A DNA stretch of 64,000 nucleotides, from assembly GCA_039621445.1 (NCBI GenBank), contig CP154954.1, positions 11,836,716-11,900,715 on the forward strand, read 5' to 3'. This DNA comes from Euglena gracilis. Taxonomy: Eukaryota. This document shows, in pieces, positions 62,456 through 64,000 of this stretch (positions within the stretch are counted from its first letter, which is position 1; every line of letters starts with the position of its first letter). Made by a program: the position numbers and the translations under genes. The notes below the pieces were generated by a model. It ran no database searches, was not told the DNA's origin, and worked only from the letters and a program-made list of their open reading frames with translations.

Positions 62456-64000
62456 GTCCTCCCACCAGGCTTTCCCGCGGACCCCCTGAGTAAGGATATT
62501 GAGAAGCTCTTCACCAGAGGCTGATGGTTGCCCCAGCATAGCTTCAAGACATCATCATCTCACAAATGCCAAAGCAGACGCGAAATGCTCTTTGCCCTGT
62601 TTTTTTTCAATGACTTTTTTCCCGCCTGTGAACATAGATGGGATGTTCAGGAAAGGCAAAGAGGCCGTCATGTTGGGTATGAGACGCTTGTGACCCTGAA
62701 GAAGCCCATTGTTTGCCCATCTTTCAGACCCAAAATCCTCCCCCCCCCCCGAAACTCAAAAATGGGGGTGCATTATTCAGACATCAGACCCATTTTTTGA
62801 CATTTGGGTATTTTTTTTGGCCAAAAAGTGCATATCTCAAACATTTTGCACATTTCAGGATTTCATGATTTTCATTTTATTTGCCCGTTGCCACATGTTT
62901 TGACTGCAAATTTGTTGAATTTTTGGGGCAGTTTGGGCTTGGTCCCAAAATGGCCCGAAATGGTCAAAGATACCTGAAAATGGCGGATCGGTGGCCTGAA
63001 ATGCCTTGCCAGGTGGGCCACCTGAACAGGACCAAAAATGCACATTTTCCGCATCTTTTTGACACATTTTTTCACACATTTTATTTTCAGTTTTAGCGCA
63101 CATTTTGCGATCCGGCCCACCAAATTTGTCTCCAAATTTGATTTTTTTCTTTGTGTATTTATTTCCAAGGGATTTATCAGGCGAGGTGGCCACACAGTTT
63201 TCTTGTCCAAAAGTAATCTGTTTGGCTGCAGTTGTTCAGTTGGTCAATTTCCTCTGTTCCACAAGAGCATTTCTTCATGCGTATAAAGTCAAACCAGCCC
63301 ATTTGTATTTTGGTGACCCATGTTGTCTGTAAATCAGACCCATCGATAGGATACAATTACGGAAGGAAAGGATAGGATTACACTTAGGATGACGGAACCG
63401 GAATGCAATCTTTTCTGTCCCTTGGCTCTCATTTTGCACGCGGCAAAAGTGGGAGTTCAGGGAACCCCCAGGAAGACTGGATCTCTCCTGGTATGCCTTC
63501 CTGTCTTCCTTCTCTTCTGACCCTCATTTGAAGTCCCAGAGCACCCATCCAGATACTTTCAAAATTTGCTAGTTTTATGATATCCGCATGTTTTTCACAC
63601 CCGATGTTTGTGTTTAAACAATGTGGTTTTCAACATGCAATTTGAAGAATTTAAACAAACTGCTCATTCAGCTCCCAGTCGCCCTGCTTCATCTTGTATG
63701 CTGTGTATTTATCCAGACAGCGACCTGGGCATAAGTGGGATCTTATCCAATGCTCAGCAGGAAATGAAGTCTGGACACAGGTGTTGTGCATCCACTCCAG
63801 GTGATTGCACTGGATCCAGGGGGGGGGGACGCAGATGCGTTTTTTTTGTGTTTTTTTTGTGTTTTTCAGTTTTCCGAAAAATTTGCGTTTTTTTTGCGAT
63901 TTTTTAACTTTTTTTGCATTCTTTGGCACTTTTTTGTGTGTTTTTTTTTCATTTTGCACCTCCAAGTGTGGTGTTCATTGCCCTGCTTACATTTCATTTG

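Overview
Repeat-rich eukaryotic DNA, almost certainly from a plastid-bearing euglenid. The evidence is introns with the euglenid nonconventional geometry (intron +4..+6 pairing with -8..-6, often without GT-AG) and a probable Euglena class I plastid presequence. Four split host genes were reconstructed by hand. On the minus strand: a Sec14/CRAL-TRIO gene (runs off the left edge), a GT-A-fold glycosyltransferase-like gene (4159-16206) and a CPBP/Abi-family membrane protease gene (~18252-32869). On the plus strand: a complete 4-exon amastin/claudin-like gene (45874-60141). The most unusual element is a decayed Ty3/gypsy-type LTR retrotransposon (~33450-38550). Once two nested inversions and two insertions are undone, it encodes a C5-cytosine DNA methyltransferase fused to a Dam-like (NPPW) amino-methyltransferase, upstream of protease-RT-RNase H. 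The window also holds CRE-clade non-LTR retrotransposon copies, a Tc1 transposase fragment, many MITE/hAT/MULE-like elements, interstitial telomere-like arrays, microsatellites and an unexplained ~2.4 kb ORF-dense block. All calls come from reading the sequence only; several exon boundaries are approximate and homopolymer indel errors are likely.
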